A DNA stretch of 64,000 nt from Rhodobacterales bacterium (GTDB lineage Bacteria > Pseudomonadota > Alphaproteobacteria > Rhodobacterales > Rhodobacteraceae), in NCBI GenBank assembly GCA_047921295.1, contig JBLRWK010000015.1:4128-68127 (forward strand), read 5' to 3'. The translations under genes were made by a program, and so were the position numbers. The notes below the pieces were generated by a model, which ran no database searches, had not been told where the DNA came from, and worked only from the letters and a program-made list of their open reading frames with translations. How positions within the stretch are numbered: the first letter of the stretch is position 1; each line of letters opens with the position of its first letter. This document shows positions 8,357 through 18,233 of the stretch, in pieces.

Positions 8357-9907
8357 TCAGGCGCTGCCGCCGCGCTGGAAGGCGCGCTTGAACTCGCCAA
8401 GACGGAAGGCGCCGATCACCTGACCGATGCCGAAATAGCTGATCATCCCGATCTTGATCAGGCCGAGCAGCGCCAGATAGCGCCAGCCTGCCAGCGCAAA
8501 GAAGGGCGTCATCACGACCATCGCGCCCCACAGTACCACACCCATGCCGATTGAGGCCGCGATGATGCGCCAGATGCGGCCGTGAAAGCGGGCATCGAAA
8601 CGGGCGACATCGCCCATCGGGCGCGCGCCGATAGCCAGCAGGGCCACCATCACCCAAGCGGCCAGCGAGGTGGCGATGGCGGCGGCGATCCAGCCGATCA
8701 GGGGCGCAAGCCCGATGGCGACCAGCGCGTTCACGATCATCGCAACCACGGCGTAGCGGAACGGCGTGCGGGTATCCTCGCGCGCGAAATAGAGCGGTTG
8801 CAGGATTTTCTGGATCACGAAAGCGGGCAGGCCAAGGCCGTAGACTGCCACGGCCATAGCGATGGCCGCGCTGTCGTCGGCTGTGGCGGCGCCGCGCTCG
8901 AACAGGACCGAGACCAGCGGCAGCGGAACCACGATTAACGCCACAGCTGCGGGCACGGTGAGCGCCAACGAAATCTCGGCGGCACGGCTGAGCGCATTGC
9001 GCCCGCCCGCATCATCGCCCCCGGCGAGACGGCGGGACAGATCGGGCAGCAGCACCACACCGATGGCAATGCCGACAACGCCCAGCGGCAGTTGATAGAG
9101 ACGGTCCGCCGCATAGAGCCAGCCCACGGCGCGGTCGAAATAGCTGGCGACCTGCTGGCCCACCAGCAGGTTGACCTGCACCACACCTCCCGCCAGCGCT
9201 GCGGGAATGGCGATCCGCACCAAACGCCTGATCTCGGGCGTCCAACGCGGACGGCGCGGCATCAGTGTGAACCCGGCGCGGCGGGCCGCGATCCAGACCA
9301 TCGCCAGTTGCGCGACACCCGCGAGCGGAATGCCCCAGATCAGCGCCATCGTCACGTCAAAGCCCAGCAGAGCCGCACCCACCATGGCCCCGACAAGGAT
9401 GACATTGAGCAAGACCGGCGCGGCGGCGGCGGCGGCAAAGCGCCCCGTTGCGTTGAGCACGCCAGACAGAAGGGCTGCCAGCGAGATGAACAGGATATAG
9501 GGAAACACGATCCGCCCGAATTCCACCGACAGCGCGAATTGCTCTTGTCCGGCAAAACCGCTGGCCAGAGCAAAGATCATCCACGGCATGAAAAGCTGGG
9601 CCGCAAGCGTGAGCACGATCAGCACCGTTGCCAGCCCCGCAAAGGCGGTCTCGGCAAAGCGCTGGGCGTCTTCTCCGGCCTCGTATTTCTTGGAGAACAT
9701 CGGCACAAATGCCATGTTGAACGCGCCTTCTGCAAAAAAGCGGCGGAACATGTTGGGCAGGCGGAAGGCCACCACATAGGCCTCATAGGCGGGGCCGGTG
9801 CCGAGATAGGCGAGGATCATCGCGTCACGCACGAAGCCCAGCACGCGGCTGAGCAAGGTCCACAAGCCCACGGTCATGAAGCCGGCAATCAGGCGGATGG
9901 GTTTCAT
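8357..9907 (-). CDS. murJ: lipid II flippase MurJ (MviN)
   Basis: The track ORF is 8357..9961. I prefer ATG 9907 (MKPIRLIAGFMTVGLWTLLSRVLGFVRD). Contains AFRLPNMFRRFFAEGAFNMAFVPMF and has many TM helices. Confidence 0.9.
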   Translation of the reverse strand: MKPIRLIAGFMTVGLWTLLSRVLGFVRDAMILAYLGTGPAYEAYVVAFRLPNMFRRFFAEGAFNMAFVPMFSKKYEAGEDAQRFAETAFAGLATVLIVLTLAAQLFMPWMIFALASGFAGQEQFALSVEFGRIVFPYILFISLAALLSGVLNATGRFAAAAAAPVLLNVILVGAMVGAALLGFDVTMALIWGIPLAGVAQLAMVWIAARRAGFTLMPRRPRWTPEIRRLVRIAIPAALAGGVVQVNLLVGQQVASYFDRAVGWLYAADRLYQLPLGVVGIAIGVVLLPDLSRRLAGGDDAGGRNALSRAAEISLALTVPAAVALIVVPLPLVSVLFERGAATADDSAAIAMAVAVYGLGLPAFVIQKILQPLYFAREDTRTPFRYAVVAMIVNALVAIGLAPLIGWIAAAIATSLAAWVMVALLAIGARPMGDVARFDARFHGRIWRIIAASIGMGVVLWGAMVVMTPFFALAGWRYLALLGLIKIGMISYFGIGQVIGAFRLGEFKRAFQRGGSA

Positions 9908-9964
9908 GGGCGGTGACCTTTGTTGCGACTGCTCCGGAACTATCCCAAGCCCGCGCGTCATGGA

Positions 9965-9985
9965 AGAGGGCGTATGCCGCCCTCT
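9965..9985 (-). terminator. candidate hairpin terminator after glnD (weak U-tract)
   Basis: AGAGGGCG-5 nt-CGCCCTCT forms an 8-bp stem starting 6 nt after the glnD stop. The tail on the minus strand is UCUUCCAU, which is not a classical U-run. Confidence 0.35.
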
Positions 9986-9991
9986 GCCACG

Positions 9992-12853
9992 TCAGGAAAT
10001 GGCCCGCTTCGCCCCTTGCTCGATCGCCTCGCGCAGCTTGCGCTCCAGCGCCTTTTGTTTGGGCTGCGAATGGAACTTCAGCCCGAACATATCCTTGACG
10101 TAGAAGGTATCGACCACCTGTTCACCGTAGGTCGCGATCACCGCGCTGGCGATGTAGACATTCGCATTGGCCAGCGTGCGGGTGAGATCGAACAGCAGGC
10201 CCGGACGGTCACGGGTGTCTACCTCGATGATCGTGTAGATTTCCGATCCTTCGTTGTCGAAAGTGATGGAGGTCGCCACGCGGAAGGCGCGTTCGCGCTT
10301 TTTGATCTTGTCGCGGCTCTTGATCGCCTCGGTCGTGACCACCTCGCCGCGCAGGGTCTTGTCGATCATCTGGCGCAGGCGGGGCAGGCGGGTCGCATCA
10401 TAGGGGCTGCCGCTTTCATCCTGTATCCAGAACACCGCCGTGGCGAAACCGTCTTTGGAGGTATAGGTGCGCGCATCCACGACATTTGCCCCCACCAGCG
10501 CCAGCGCGCCAGCCAGCCGCGAAAAGATGCCGGGATGGTCCGACAAAGCGAAACAGGCGCGGGTCGCGTCGCGGTCTTCATCGGGGACCAGATCGATCCT
10601 GATCTCGTCGTCGGGCAGGCCGCGCAGCATATTGGCAAAAACCACTTGCGTGCGCGTGTCCAGCCCCTGCCAGTAGGGCGGGTAGTGCCGCCCCAGTTCG
10701 GTCTTGAGCGCGGCAGCATCCCATTGGCGCAACGCCTCGCGCAGCGCGCCCTTGGCCTCGGCCCCGCGATGCTCGCGGTTGAGATCCTCCAGCCCGTGTT
10801 CCAGCGCGCGGCTTGTTTCGCGGTGCAACTGCCGGATCAGCATGGCTTTCCAGTTGTTCCATGTCTGCGGGCCGACACCGCGGATATCGCAGACGGTCAG
10901 AACGGTCAGCAGGTCCAGCCGCTTGCGTGTTTTCACCGCCTTGGCGAAATCGCGCAGGGTGCGCGGATCGGACAGGTCGCGCTTTTGCGCCATATCCGAC
11001 ATCAGCAGATGGTAGCGTACCAGCCATTCGACGGTTTCGCTGTCGGCCTTGTTCAGGCCAAGCCGTGGCGCCACGCGGCGTGCGATCTGCGCGCCCAGAA
11101 CCGAGTGATCTTCGGCGCGGCCCTTGCCGATGTCATGCAGCAGCAGCGCGATATAGAGAACCTTGCGGTTCACGCCTGCCCGCAGGATGCCCGAAACAAC
11201 CGGCAATTCCTCAACCAGCTCGCCGCGTTCGATCTGGGCAAGGTTGCGGATGCACTGGATCGTATGCTCGTCCACCGTGTAGCTGTGATACATGTTGAAC
11301 TGCATCATCGCCACGATGGGTTCGAACTCGGGGATGAAGGCGGCCAGCATGCCCAGTTCGTTCATCCGCCTGAGCGCGCGTTCGGGATTGCCGTGTTTGA
11401 GCAGCAGATCCATGAAGATGCGCTGCGCCTCGCGGTTGGTGCGCAGATCATCGTCGATCAGGTGCAGATTGGCCGTGACCAGACGCATGGCATCGGGATG
11501 GATCAGCATGCCGGTCCGCAGGGCCTCCTCGAACAGGCGCAACAGGTTCAGCTTGTCGCCCAGAAACGCCGCCTCGTCATCAATGGCCAGACGGTTGTGG
11601 ATCACCTTGTAGCCGGGTTTGACCTTTGGCATGCGGCGGAAGATCCGCTCCAGCAGCGGGCCTGATTTGACATGCAGCGCCTCAAGCTTTGTCAGGAAGA
11701 TACGTGTCAGATCCCCGACAGAGGTAGCGTGGCGGAAATAATCCTGCATGAAATGCTCGACCGCGCGCCGCCCGCCCTTGTCGGTATAGCGCATGCATTC
11801 GGCCACCTGGACCTGCAGATCAAAGGTCAACTGGTCGGCGGGGCGGCCCGTGATCAGATGTAGATGGCACCGCACGGCCCACAGGAAAGTCTCGGCCTTT
11901 TCGAAGGTGGCGTATTCCTCGGGGCGGAACATCTTGAGCCGCACAAGCTCTGCCGGATTCTGCACGCCGTGCAGGTATTTCGCGATCCAGAACAGGGATT
12001 GCAGGTCGCGCAGACCGCCTTTGCCTTCCTTCACATTCGGCTCGACCATATAGCGCTGGCCGCCCTGTTTTTCGTGGCGCGTGTCCCTCTCGGAAAGCTT
12101 GGCCTCGATAAATTCCCGCGAGGTGTTTTTGAACAACTCATTCTTCAGCCGCGTGTCCAACTCCTCGGCCAGCGCGGTATCGCCGCCCAGAAAACGATGT
12201 TCCAGCAAAGCCGTGCGGATCGTGAAATCCTCGGAACCCAGACGCAGGCAATCCTTGATCGTGCGGCTGGCATGGCCGACCTTCAGCCGCAGATCCCACA
12301 GGATATAAAGCATCGCCTCGATCACGGATTCCGCCCATGGCGTGATCCGTGTCCGGCTGAGAAACAGCAGGTCGACATCCGACTGCGGGGCCATCTCGCC
12401 ACGCCCGTAGCCACCCACCGCGATCAGGGCCAGCCGTTCGTGCGGGCCGGGTGCGGGCAGCGGATGCACCAGCCGCATCGCCACATCCTGCGCGCAGGCC
12501 ACGATGCAATCGGTCAGCCAGCAATAGGCGCGCGTGACGGGCCGTGCTGCGAAGGGGCGGGCGACGAAGGCCTCGGCAATCGCGCTGCGCCCCTCCTGCA
12601 ACGCCTGTGTCAGAACCGGCACCACGGCCGCGCGCATCTGGGCCGGAGCCAGCCCGCGTGTCGCCGCCTCGAGCGTTGCAGCCAGAGCAGCCCTGTCCAG
12701 AATCCGGTCCGGGGCACAGATCAGATCCTCGGGCGGCGCAGGCAGGATAGGTGCAGGAAGGGCAAGCGCCGGATCAGAATCCGGCACGGCCAAAGGCTCT
12801 TGGAGCAGGATCGACCACCACGACCTGACGGTTGCGGATCTCGGCCACGGCAA
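9992..12853 (-). CDS. glnD: [protein-PII] uridylyltransferase/uridylyl-removing enzyme
   Basis: 953 aa maximal ORF. Has the nucleotidyltransferase block (IAVGGYGRGEMAPQSDVDLLFL), an HD domain (LLLHDIGKG) and two C-terminal ACT-like regions. The ATG at 12853 overlaps the upstream gene by 80 nt. In-frame GTG 12787 or TTG 12793 are plausible true starts. Confidence 0.9.
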   Translation of the reverse strand: MPWPRSATVRSWWSILLQEPLAVPDSDPALALPAPILPAPPEDLICAPDRILDRAALAATLEAATRGLAPAQMRAAVVPVLTQALQEGRSAIAEAFVARPFAARPVTRAYCWLTDCIVACAQDVAMRLVHPLPAPGPHERLALIAVGGYGRGEMAPQSDVDLLFLSRTRITPWAESVIEAMLYILWDLRLKVGHASRTIKDCLRLGSEDFTIRTALLEHRFLGGDTALAEELDTRLKNELFKNTSREFIEAKLSERDTRHEKQGGQRYMVEPNVKEGKGGLRDLQSLFWIAKYLHGVQNPAELVRLKMFRPEEYATFEKAETFLWAVRCHLHLITGRPADQLTFDLQVQVAECMRYTDKGGRRAVEHFMQDYFRHATSVGDLTRIFLTKLEALHVKSGPLLERIFRRMPKVKPGYKVIHNRLAIDDEAAFLGDKLNLLRLFEEALRTGMLIHPDAMRLVTANLHLIDDDLRTNREAQRIFMDLLLKHGNPERALRRMNELGMLAAFIPEFEPIVAMMQFNMYHSYTVDEHTIQCIRNLAQIERGELVEELPVVSGILRAGVNRKVLYIALLLHDIGKGRAEDHSVLGAQIARRVAPRLGLNKADSETVEWLVRYHLLMSDMAQKRDLSDPRTLRDFAKAVKTRKRLDLLTVLTVCDIRGVGPQTWNNWKAMLIRQLHRETSRALEHGLEDLNREHRGAEAKGALREALRQWDAAALKTELGRHYPPYWQGLDTRTQVVFANMLRGLPDDEIRIDLVPDEDRDATRACFALSDHPGIFSRLAGALALVGANVVDARTYTSKDGFATAVFWIQDESGSPYDATRLPRLRQMIDKTLRGEVVTTEAIKSRDKIKKRERAFRVATSITFDNEGSEIYTIIEVDTRDRPGLLFDLTRTLANANVYIASAVIATYGEQVVDTFYVKDMFGLKFHSQPKQKALERKLREAIEQGAKRAIS

Positions 12854-14033
12854 GGCCGCGCTCGTTCGTGCCGTCGGGGCGCAGACGGAAGACGCCGCTT
12901 ACGCCCTGGAAACCCGCACCTTGGGTCAGCGAGCCACGGCTGAGCGCGTTGGACCCGCCCGAACTGATCAGCGCGCCGATGGCCGCGATCCCGTCATAGG
13001 CCAAGCCGCCGATCGGATGCGGGCTGGATCCATAGGCCGCCTGATAGCGGCTGTTGAAGCGGGCGGTCAGTGTCGGATCGGGCATCGCGAACCATCCGCC
13101 CTGCACGCCGGGCAAGTCCAGCGTCTGGCTTGGAATATCCCAACGGGTCAGACCGATATATTGCGTCGATTCAGGGGTAACGCCCGCCTCGGGCAGAAGC
13201 TGGGTCAACAGGGGCAGCGCACCGGCGGTGTCAGCGGTGATAAAGACCGAATCCGCGTTGCCGCTGCGAACGGCACTGACGATCTGCGGGATCGCCTGCG
13301 TCACACCGTTTTGCGAGAATTCATGGGCCACGGAGCCAACAGCAGTGCCACCGCTGCGCGCCAGCGCGGATTCGATTGCCGCGCGTCCGGCCCGTCCTGC
13401 CACGTCGTCGGAATAGACAACGACTGTGCGGCCCTTGCCCTGCCGGTTCGCGTAATCCGTCAGCCGGTTCGCCGTGTTATCGAAGGTTGGCCCGAGGATG
13501 AACAGGTTGCCACCCGCGATGGAGGTGTTGTTCGAAAAGGCAAGCACGTTGACGCCGGACGCGGCGACAGCAACGGCTGCCGCATTGGCATTCTCGCCGT
13601 AGACCGGCCCGAGAATGATCTTGGCCCCCTCGGCCACGGCCTGCTGCGCGACACGCTGGGCCGTCGCGGCAGAGCCTGCGGTGCTGTAGACCCGCAGGTC
13701 AATGGCGACATCTCCCAGATCGGAAATCGCGAGACGCGCGGCGTTCTCCAAAGCCTGCGCCAGAACATCGTCGCTGCTGTTGCCAGAACCGCGCGGCACC
13801 AGAAGCGCCACCGGCACCGGTGCGGAGGTATCGACCCGTGGGCCGGAGCGGTCGAGCGCGGTATCGACAGGCTCGCAGGCCGCAAGCGCGCCGACAGTGG
13901 CAAGGGCAAGACCCGACCGGCGCAGCGGGCGGATGGCTTGGGCGGCGACGGATGGCGAGAACCGCCAGTTCGGCAAAAGCGCTTCGGCAATCAGGCGCAG
14001 CGACTTGCGGACGGGGTTTGGAAAGGCGAACAT
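12774..14033 (-). CDS. LpoA-like penicillin-binding protein activator (periplasmic-binding-protein fold lipoprotein)
   Basis: The track ORF is 12774..14654. I moved the start to ATG 14033 (419 aa). A lipobox-like GALAAC follows a long N-region. Contains VALLVPRGSGNSSDDVLAQALENAARLAISDL and ILGPVYGENA. It is divergent from rsmI, as yraM/lpoA is in E. coli. Confidence 0.7.
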   Translation of the reverse strand: MFAFPNPVRKSLRLIAEALLPNWRFSPSVAAQAIRPLRRSGLALATVGALAACEPVDTALDRSGPRVDTSAPVPVALLVPRGSGNSSDDVLAQALENAARLAISDLGDVAIDLRVYSTAGSAATAQRVAQQAVAEGAKIILGPVYGENANAAAVAVAASGVNVLAFSNNTSIAGGNLFILGPTFDNTANRLTDYANRQGKGRTVVVYSDDVAGRAGRAAIESALARSGGTAVGSVAHEFSQNGVTQAIPQIVSAVRSGNADSVFITADTAGALPLLTQLLPEAGVTPESTQYIGLTRWDIPSQTLDLPGVQGGWFAMPDPTLTARFNSRYQAAYGSSPHPIGGLAYDGIAAIGALISSGGSNALSRGSLTQGAGFQGVSGVFRLRPDGTNERGLAVAEIRNRQVVVVDPAPRAFGRAGF

Positions 14034-14116
14034 GGCAGGACTTCTCCCTCGAAAAAGGTGGTAATCTGCGGCACCGGCAGGCAGGACGATCATAGACACC
14101 ATGCACGGAGGGTCCA

Positions 14117-14998
14117 GTGTTGAATCCGAAACCGGCCAGAGCAGCGCCTCCATCCAAACTTGCGCTGGGCCTCTATCTCGTCGCCACGCCGATCGGTAGC
14201 GCCCGCGACGTGACGCTGCGCGCGCTCGATATTCTGGCCAGCGCGGATGTTCTGGTCGCCGAAGACACCCGCACCCTGCGCAAGCTGATGGAAATCCACG
14301 GTATCCCTCTGGGAGAGCGGCATGTGCTGGCCTATCACGATCATAACGGCGCGCAGATGCGCCCCCGCCTGTTGGGCCTTCTGGAACAGGGGCTGACGAT
14401 GGCCTATGCCTCGGAAGCGGGCACGCCGCTGGTGGCGGACCCGGGCTTCGATCTGGCCCGCGCCGCGCGCGAGGCGGGCCATCTGGTGACCACCGCACCG
14501 GGGGCTTCGGCGGTCGTGACGGCGCTGACCATCGGCGGATTGCCGACGGACAGGTTTTTTTTCGCAGGCTTCCTGCCCTCCACATCGGGCCAGCGAAAAT
14601 CCGCCCTGCGGCGCTATACGGAGGTGCCGGGGACATTGGTTTTCTACGAATCACCCAAGCGGATCGCGGCCATGTTGCGCGACAGCGCCGAGGTGCTGGG
14701 GGGCGCGCGACAGGCCGCGATCTGTCGCGAACTGACCAAGAAATTCGAAGAGGTCATCGCCGGAACCCTGCAGGAATTGGCCGAGGCATGCGCATCACGC
14801 AGCCTGAAGGGCGAAATCGTTGTGCTGATCGACCGGCCGCATTCGGAGAACATTAAGGAAGATGAGATAGAAGAGTTGCTGCGCGCTGCTTTGTCAGGCC
14901 ACTCTGTGCGTGACGCTGCTGAGATCGTGGCTGCGCAGACAGGCCGCCCGAAACGGCAGATCTATCAACTGGCCCTGAAGCTGGAGCAAGACGAATGA
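14117..14998 (+). CDS. rsmI: 16S rRNA (cytidine1402-2'-O)-methyltransferase
   Basis: 293 aa with a GTG start. LYLVATPIGSARDVTLRALDILASADVLVAEDTRTLRKLM is the typical RsmI N-terminus. Confidence 0.9.
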   Translation: MLNPKPARAAPPSKLALGLYLVATPIGSARDVTLRALDILASADVLVAEDTRTLRKLMEIHGIPLGERHVLAYHDHNGAQMRPRLLGLLEQGLTMAYASEAGTPLVADPGFDLARAAREAGHLVTTAPGASAVVTALTIGGLPTDRFFFAGFLPSTSGQRKSALRRYTEVPGTLVFYESPKRIAAMLRDSAEVLGGARQAAICRELTKKFEEVIAGTLQELAEACASRSLKGEIVVLIDRPHSENIKEDEIEELLRAALSGHSVRDAAEIVAAQTGRPKRQIYQLALKLEQDE

Positions 14999-15489
14999 CG
15001 GCATGGTTTGATCCGCATACAGCACGGGCAGCGGCGGTGCAGCTTGCGCTGCCCTTGACCTTTCCGGTGCCCGACAAGCCAGTCGCGCCTCGTCCTGCTA
15101 TTGACCCAGCGGTTCGCAACGTCAGGCGGATACGCGGGCGCAACGCATATCTGTCGGGTCTCGCAGCAGAAGATGCCGTTGTGCGGGTCTATGCAGAACG
15201 TGGTCTTGACCTGCAGTGTCGCAGATGGCGCGGCAGTCGAGCCGAGATAGACCTGATCCTGCGCGATGGTGGTACATTCATCTTTGTCGAGGTCAAGAAA
15301 AGCCGGAGTTTTGATACAGCCTTGCTCTCGTTGGGCCGCGCGCAGCGTCTTCGTATTACACAAGCTGCATCCGAATATCTCGGCGAATGCGGGCATGACC
15401 AGATGACAGATATGCGCTTTGATCTGGCGATGATGAATGACGCGGGCGCGGTCGAAATCGTTGAAAATGCATTTGCCGAAGATGAGTGA
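14995..15489 (+). CDS. YraN family protein (UPF0102, endonuclease-like)
   Basis: 164 aa. The ATG overlaps the rsmI stop (ATGA). Contains GLAAEDAVVRVYAERGLDLQCRRWRGSRAEIDLILRDGGTFIFVEVK. The true start may lie further downstream. Confidence 0.8.
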   Translation: MTAWFDPHTARAAAVQLALPLTFPVPDKPVAPRPAIDPAVRNVRRIRGRNAYLSGLAAEDAVVRVYAERGLDLQCRRWRGSRAEIDLILRDGGTFIFVEVKKSRSFDTALLSLGRAQRLRITQAASEYLGECGHDQMTDMRFDLAMMNDAGAVEIVENAFAEDE

Positions 15490-15601
15490 TGCGATCGTCG
15501 CGCGTTACCAACTTATAGCCTGGCGGCGCGAGGCTGTTCTTTCGCATTGTCACTGACGATCCCTTGCGCCATGTAATGGCACATCCTCAAGGGAGCCGGA
15601 T

Positions 15602-16537
15602 ATGAAAATCGCCTTTCAGATGGACCCGATCGGGCCGATCGATATCAACGCCGACAGCACGTTCCGCCTGATGGAAGAAGCGCAGGCGCGCGGTCATACG
15701 CTGTTTTACTACACAGCCGATCAGCTTGCCTATCAGGAAGGACGCATCACTGCGCGCGGTTGGTCCGTGACGGTACAAAGGGTTGCGGGGGATCACTTCA
15801 CTCCGGGTGAGCAGACAGAGGTGGATTTGTCCGATTTCGACGTCGTGTGGCTACGGCAGGATCCGCCTTTCGACATGTTCTATATCACCACAACCCATCT
15901 GCTGGACCGGATACATCCGGGTACGCTGGTGGTGAACGATCCTTTCTGGGTCCGCAACTCGCCCGAAAAGCTGCTGGTGTTGAATTTTCCCGATCTGACG
16001 CCGCCGACGACAATCGCGCGCGATCTGGCTGCGATCCGGTCTTTCAAGGACCGCCATGGCGATATCATCCTCAAGCCTCTTTACGGCAATGGCGGCGCGG
16101 GTGTGTTCCGTCTGAATGCGGATGATCGCAACCTCTCCTCCCTGTATGAACTGTTTACCGGTTTCAGCCGCGAGCCGCTGATCGTGCAAAAATATCTGCC
16201 CGCTGTTGCCAAGGGCGACAAGCGCGTGATCCTTGTGGATGGTGAAGCGGTGGGTGCAATCAACCGCGTCCCGGCTGCGGGAGAGACGCGCTCGAACATG
16301 CATGTCGGCGGGCGTCCGGAAAAGGTCGGTCTGACCGAGCGCGATCTGGAGATCTGTGCCCGTATCGGGCCGTACCTGCGGGAGAAGGGGCAGGTCTTCG
16401 TCGGGATTGATGTGATAGGTGACTGGCTGACCGAGATCAACGTGACCTCGCCCACCGGCATACAGGAACTGGAGCGGTTCGACGGGGTCAATATCGCTGC
16501 GAAAATCTGGGAAAGGATCGAGGCAAAGCGCGCCTGA
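15602..16537 (+). CDS. gshB: glutathione synthase
   Basis: 311 aa. Contains [32 protein letters not shown] and an ATP-grasp block, [15 protein letters not shown]. Confidence 0.9.
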   Translation: MKIAFQMDPIGPIDINADSTFRLMEEAQARGHTLFYYTADQLAYQEGRITARGWSVTVQRVAGDHFTPGEQTEVDLSDFDVVWLRQDPPFDMFYITTTHLLDRIHPGTLVVNDPFWVRNSPEKLLVLNFPDLTPPTTIARDLAAIRSFKDRHGDIILKPLYGNGGAGVFRLNADDRNLSSLYELFTGFSREPLIVQKYLPAVAKGDKRVILVDGEAVGAINRVPAAGETRSNMHVGGRPEKVGLTERDLEICARIGPYLREKGQVFVGIDVIGDWLTEINVTSPTGIQELERFDGVNIAAKIWERIEAKRA

Positions 16538-16542
16538 TCCGG

Positions 16543-18057
16543 TCAGCTTTCCCGCACGCCCACCAGACGGTAGCTGACCGCCTCCGCAATATGGGAGCTG
16601 GCCACGTCTTCAGCCCCTGCCAGATCGGCAATCGTGCGCGCTACCCGCAAGACGCGGTGGTAGCCGCGCGCGGTAAGGCCGAACCTTTCCGCCACACGGC
16701 CCAGCAGCGCGCGGCCGTCGGCATCCGGCATCGCGATCCGGTGCAACGTCTCGCCTTCTGCATCCGCGTTCAGGCGCATTCCGTCAGTTCCGGCAAAGCG
16801 TCTGGCCTGTATCGCCCGCGCCGCCGCCACCCTTTCTGCCACCTGCGCCGACGTATCACCCGACGCGGGCAGGTCCAGATCGGTATAACCGACCGGCGGC
16901 ACCTCGATCCGCAGATCGAACCGGTCCATCAGCGGGCCGCTGATCCGGCCGATGTAGTCCTCGCCGCAGATCGGCGCACGTGTGCAGGCCCGCGCCGGAT
17001 CGGTGAGATAGCCGCATTTGCAGGGATTGGCAGCCGCCACCAGCATGAAACGACAGGGATATTTCACATGGGCATTGGCGCGTGACACCATCACCTCGCC
17101 GGTCTCGATAGGCTGACGCAGTGTTTCCAGCACGCCGCGCGGGAATTCGGGGAACTCGTCCATGAAAAGCACGCCGTTATGCGCAAGGCTGATCTCGCCG
17201 GGCTTGGCGCTGCGGCCGCCCCCGACAATGGCCGCCATCGAGGCGGTATGATGCGGCTCACGAAAGGGCCGAGTCCGCGAGATCCCGCCCTCGTCCAGCA
17301 AACCGGCGAGCGAGTGGATCATCGAAGTCTCCAGCGCCTCCATCGGAGTGAGGGCGGGCAGGATGCCGGGAATCCGCGCCGCCAGCATGGATTTGCCCGA
17401 TCCCGGACTGCCCATCATCAACAGATGGTGCCGCCCCGCCGCCGCGATTTCCAGCGCGCGTTTGGCGCGTTCCTGACCTTTGACATCGCGCAGACAGCGC
17501 GCGCCGGTATCGTGGATCACTTCGCCGGGTTCCGCAGGCTGGATCGGGGCTTGTCCGGTGTAGTGGCGGACCACATCCATCAGCGATCCGGCGGCAATCA
17601 CCTGACAGCCGCCAACCCATGCCGCCTCGGCCCCCGATGCGCGTGGACACAGCAGGGTCCGGTCTTCTTCGGCCGCCGCCATTGCCGCTGGCAGGGCACC
17701 GATCACCCCGATCAGCGACCCATCGAGCGACAATTCCCCCAGCGCGGTTGTCCGTTCCACTGCATCGGGTGGAAGGATCTCCAGCGCGGCCAGCAGGGCA
17801 AGCGCAATCGGCAGGTCGAAATGGCTTCCTTCCTTCGGCAGATCGGCGGGGGACAGGTTGATCGTGATCCGCTTGTTCGGCAGTGCAATCGCCATCGCGC
17901 TGAGCGCCGCGCGCACCCGGTCGCGTGCCTCGCTGACGGCCTTGTCGGGAAGGCCCACGATCGAAAAGGCAGGCATGCCCGGCGTCACCGCGCATTGCAC
18001 CTCGACAGTGCGGGCCGAGACACCCTCAAAGGCCACCGTATAGGCGCGCGCCACCAT
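16543..18057 (-). CDS. YifB/ComM family Mg-chelatase-like AAA ATPase
   Basis: 504 aa. Contains the Walker A motif MMGSPGSGKSMLA, plus GVLFMDEFPEF and a C-terminal RGYHRVLRVARTIADL. Confidence 0.9.
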   Translation of the reverse strand: MVARAYTVAFEGVSARTVEVQCAVTPGMPAFSIVGLPDKAVSEARDRVRAALSAMAIALPNKRITINLSPADLPKEGSHFDLPIALALLAALEILPPDAVERTTALGELSLDGSLIGVIGALPAAMAAAEEDRTLLCPRASGAEAAWVGGCQVIAAGSLMDVVRHYTGQAPIQPAEPGEVIHDTGARCLRDVKGQERAKRALEIAAAGRHHLLMMGSPGSGKSMLAARIPGILPALTPMEALETSMIHSLAGLLDEGGISRTRPFREPHHTASMAAIVGGGRSAKPGEISLAHNGVLFMDEFPEFPRGVLETLRQPIETGEVMVSRANAHVKYPCRFMLVAAANPCKCGYLTDPARACTRAPICGEDYIGRISGPLMDRFDLRIEVPPVGYTDLDLPASGDTSAQVAERVAAARAIQARRFAGTDGMRLNADAEGETLHRIAMPDADGRALLGRVAERFGLTARGYHRVLRVARTIADLAGAEDVASSHIAEAVSYRLVGVRES

Positions 18058-18145
18058 GTCCCGTCCCCTGCTTGCAACAAGGTTAATGGCTATCTGGCAG
18101 AGCTTTCAGAAAGGTTAACATCAACCGCGCAGCGGGCCGCATCCG

Positions 18146-18168
18146 GCTTCTTCTTGCCTGAAATATCC
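18146..18168 (-). repeat. dispersed intergenic repeat, copy C (core)
   Basis: The reverse complement is GGATATTTCAGGCAAGAAGAAGC, 22/23 identical to the copy B core. It lies 65 nt after the stop of the minus-strand phosphatase gene. Two GC hairpins precede it in RNA sense: GGGGGG-7-CCCCCC and AGCGACCC-3-GGGTCACT. Confidence 0.8.
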
Positions 18169-18233
18169 ACGGGGGGAGTGACCCGCAGGGTCGCTGGGGG
18201 GCAGTCAGCCCCCCGCCTTGCGGCAATGAAACC

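Noticed and set aside
11318-11329. GGGTTCGAACTC is a T-loop-like string that suggested a possible tRNA.
   Set aside because: It lies inside the glnD CDS. There is no acceptor, D or anticodon arm around it. I found no tRNA anywhere in the window.
9920-11665. 581-aa plus-strand ORF antisense to glnD. Similar long antisense ORFs are 12534-14123, 25251-26588, 27454-29259, 42948-44336, 48434-50005, 19425-20315 and 54884-56227.
   Set aside because: In each case the opposite frame carries unmistakable conserved motifs (GlnD, LpoA-like, Dcp, PMM/KdsA, LeuA, NadE, RpoH, Sat-CysC). The antisense products are Arg/Gly/Ala/His-rich with no motif. This is the usual stop-poor shadow-frame artefact of a high-GC genome.
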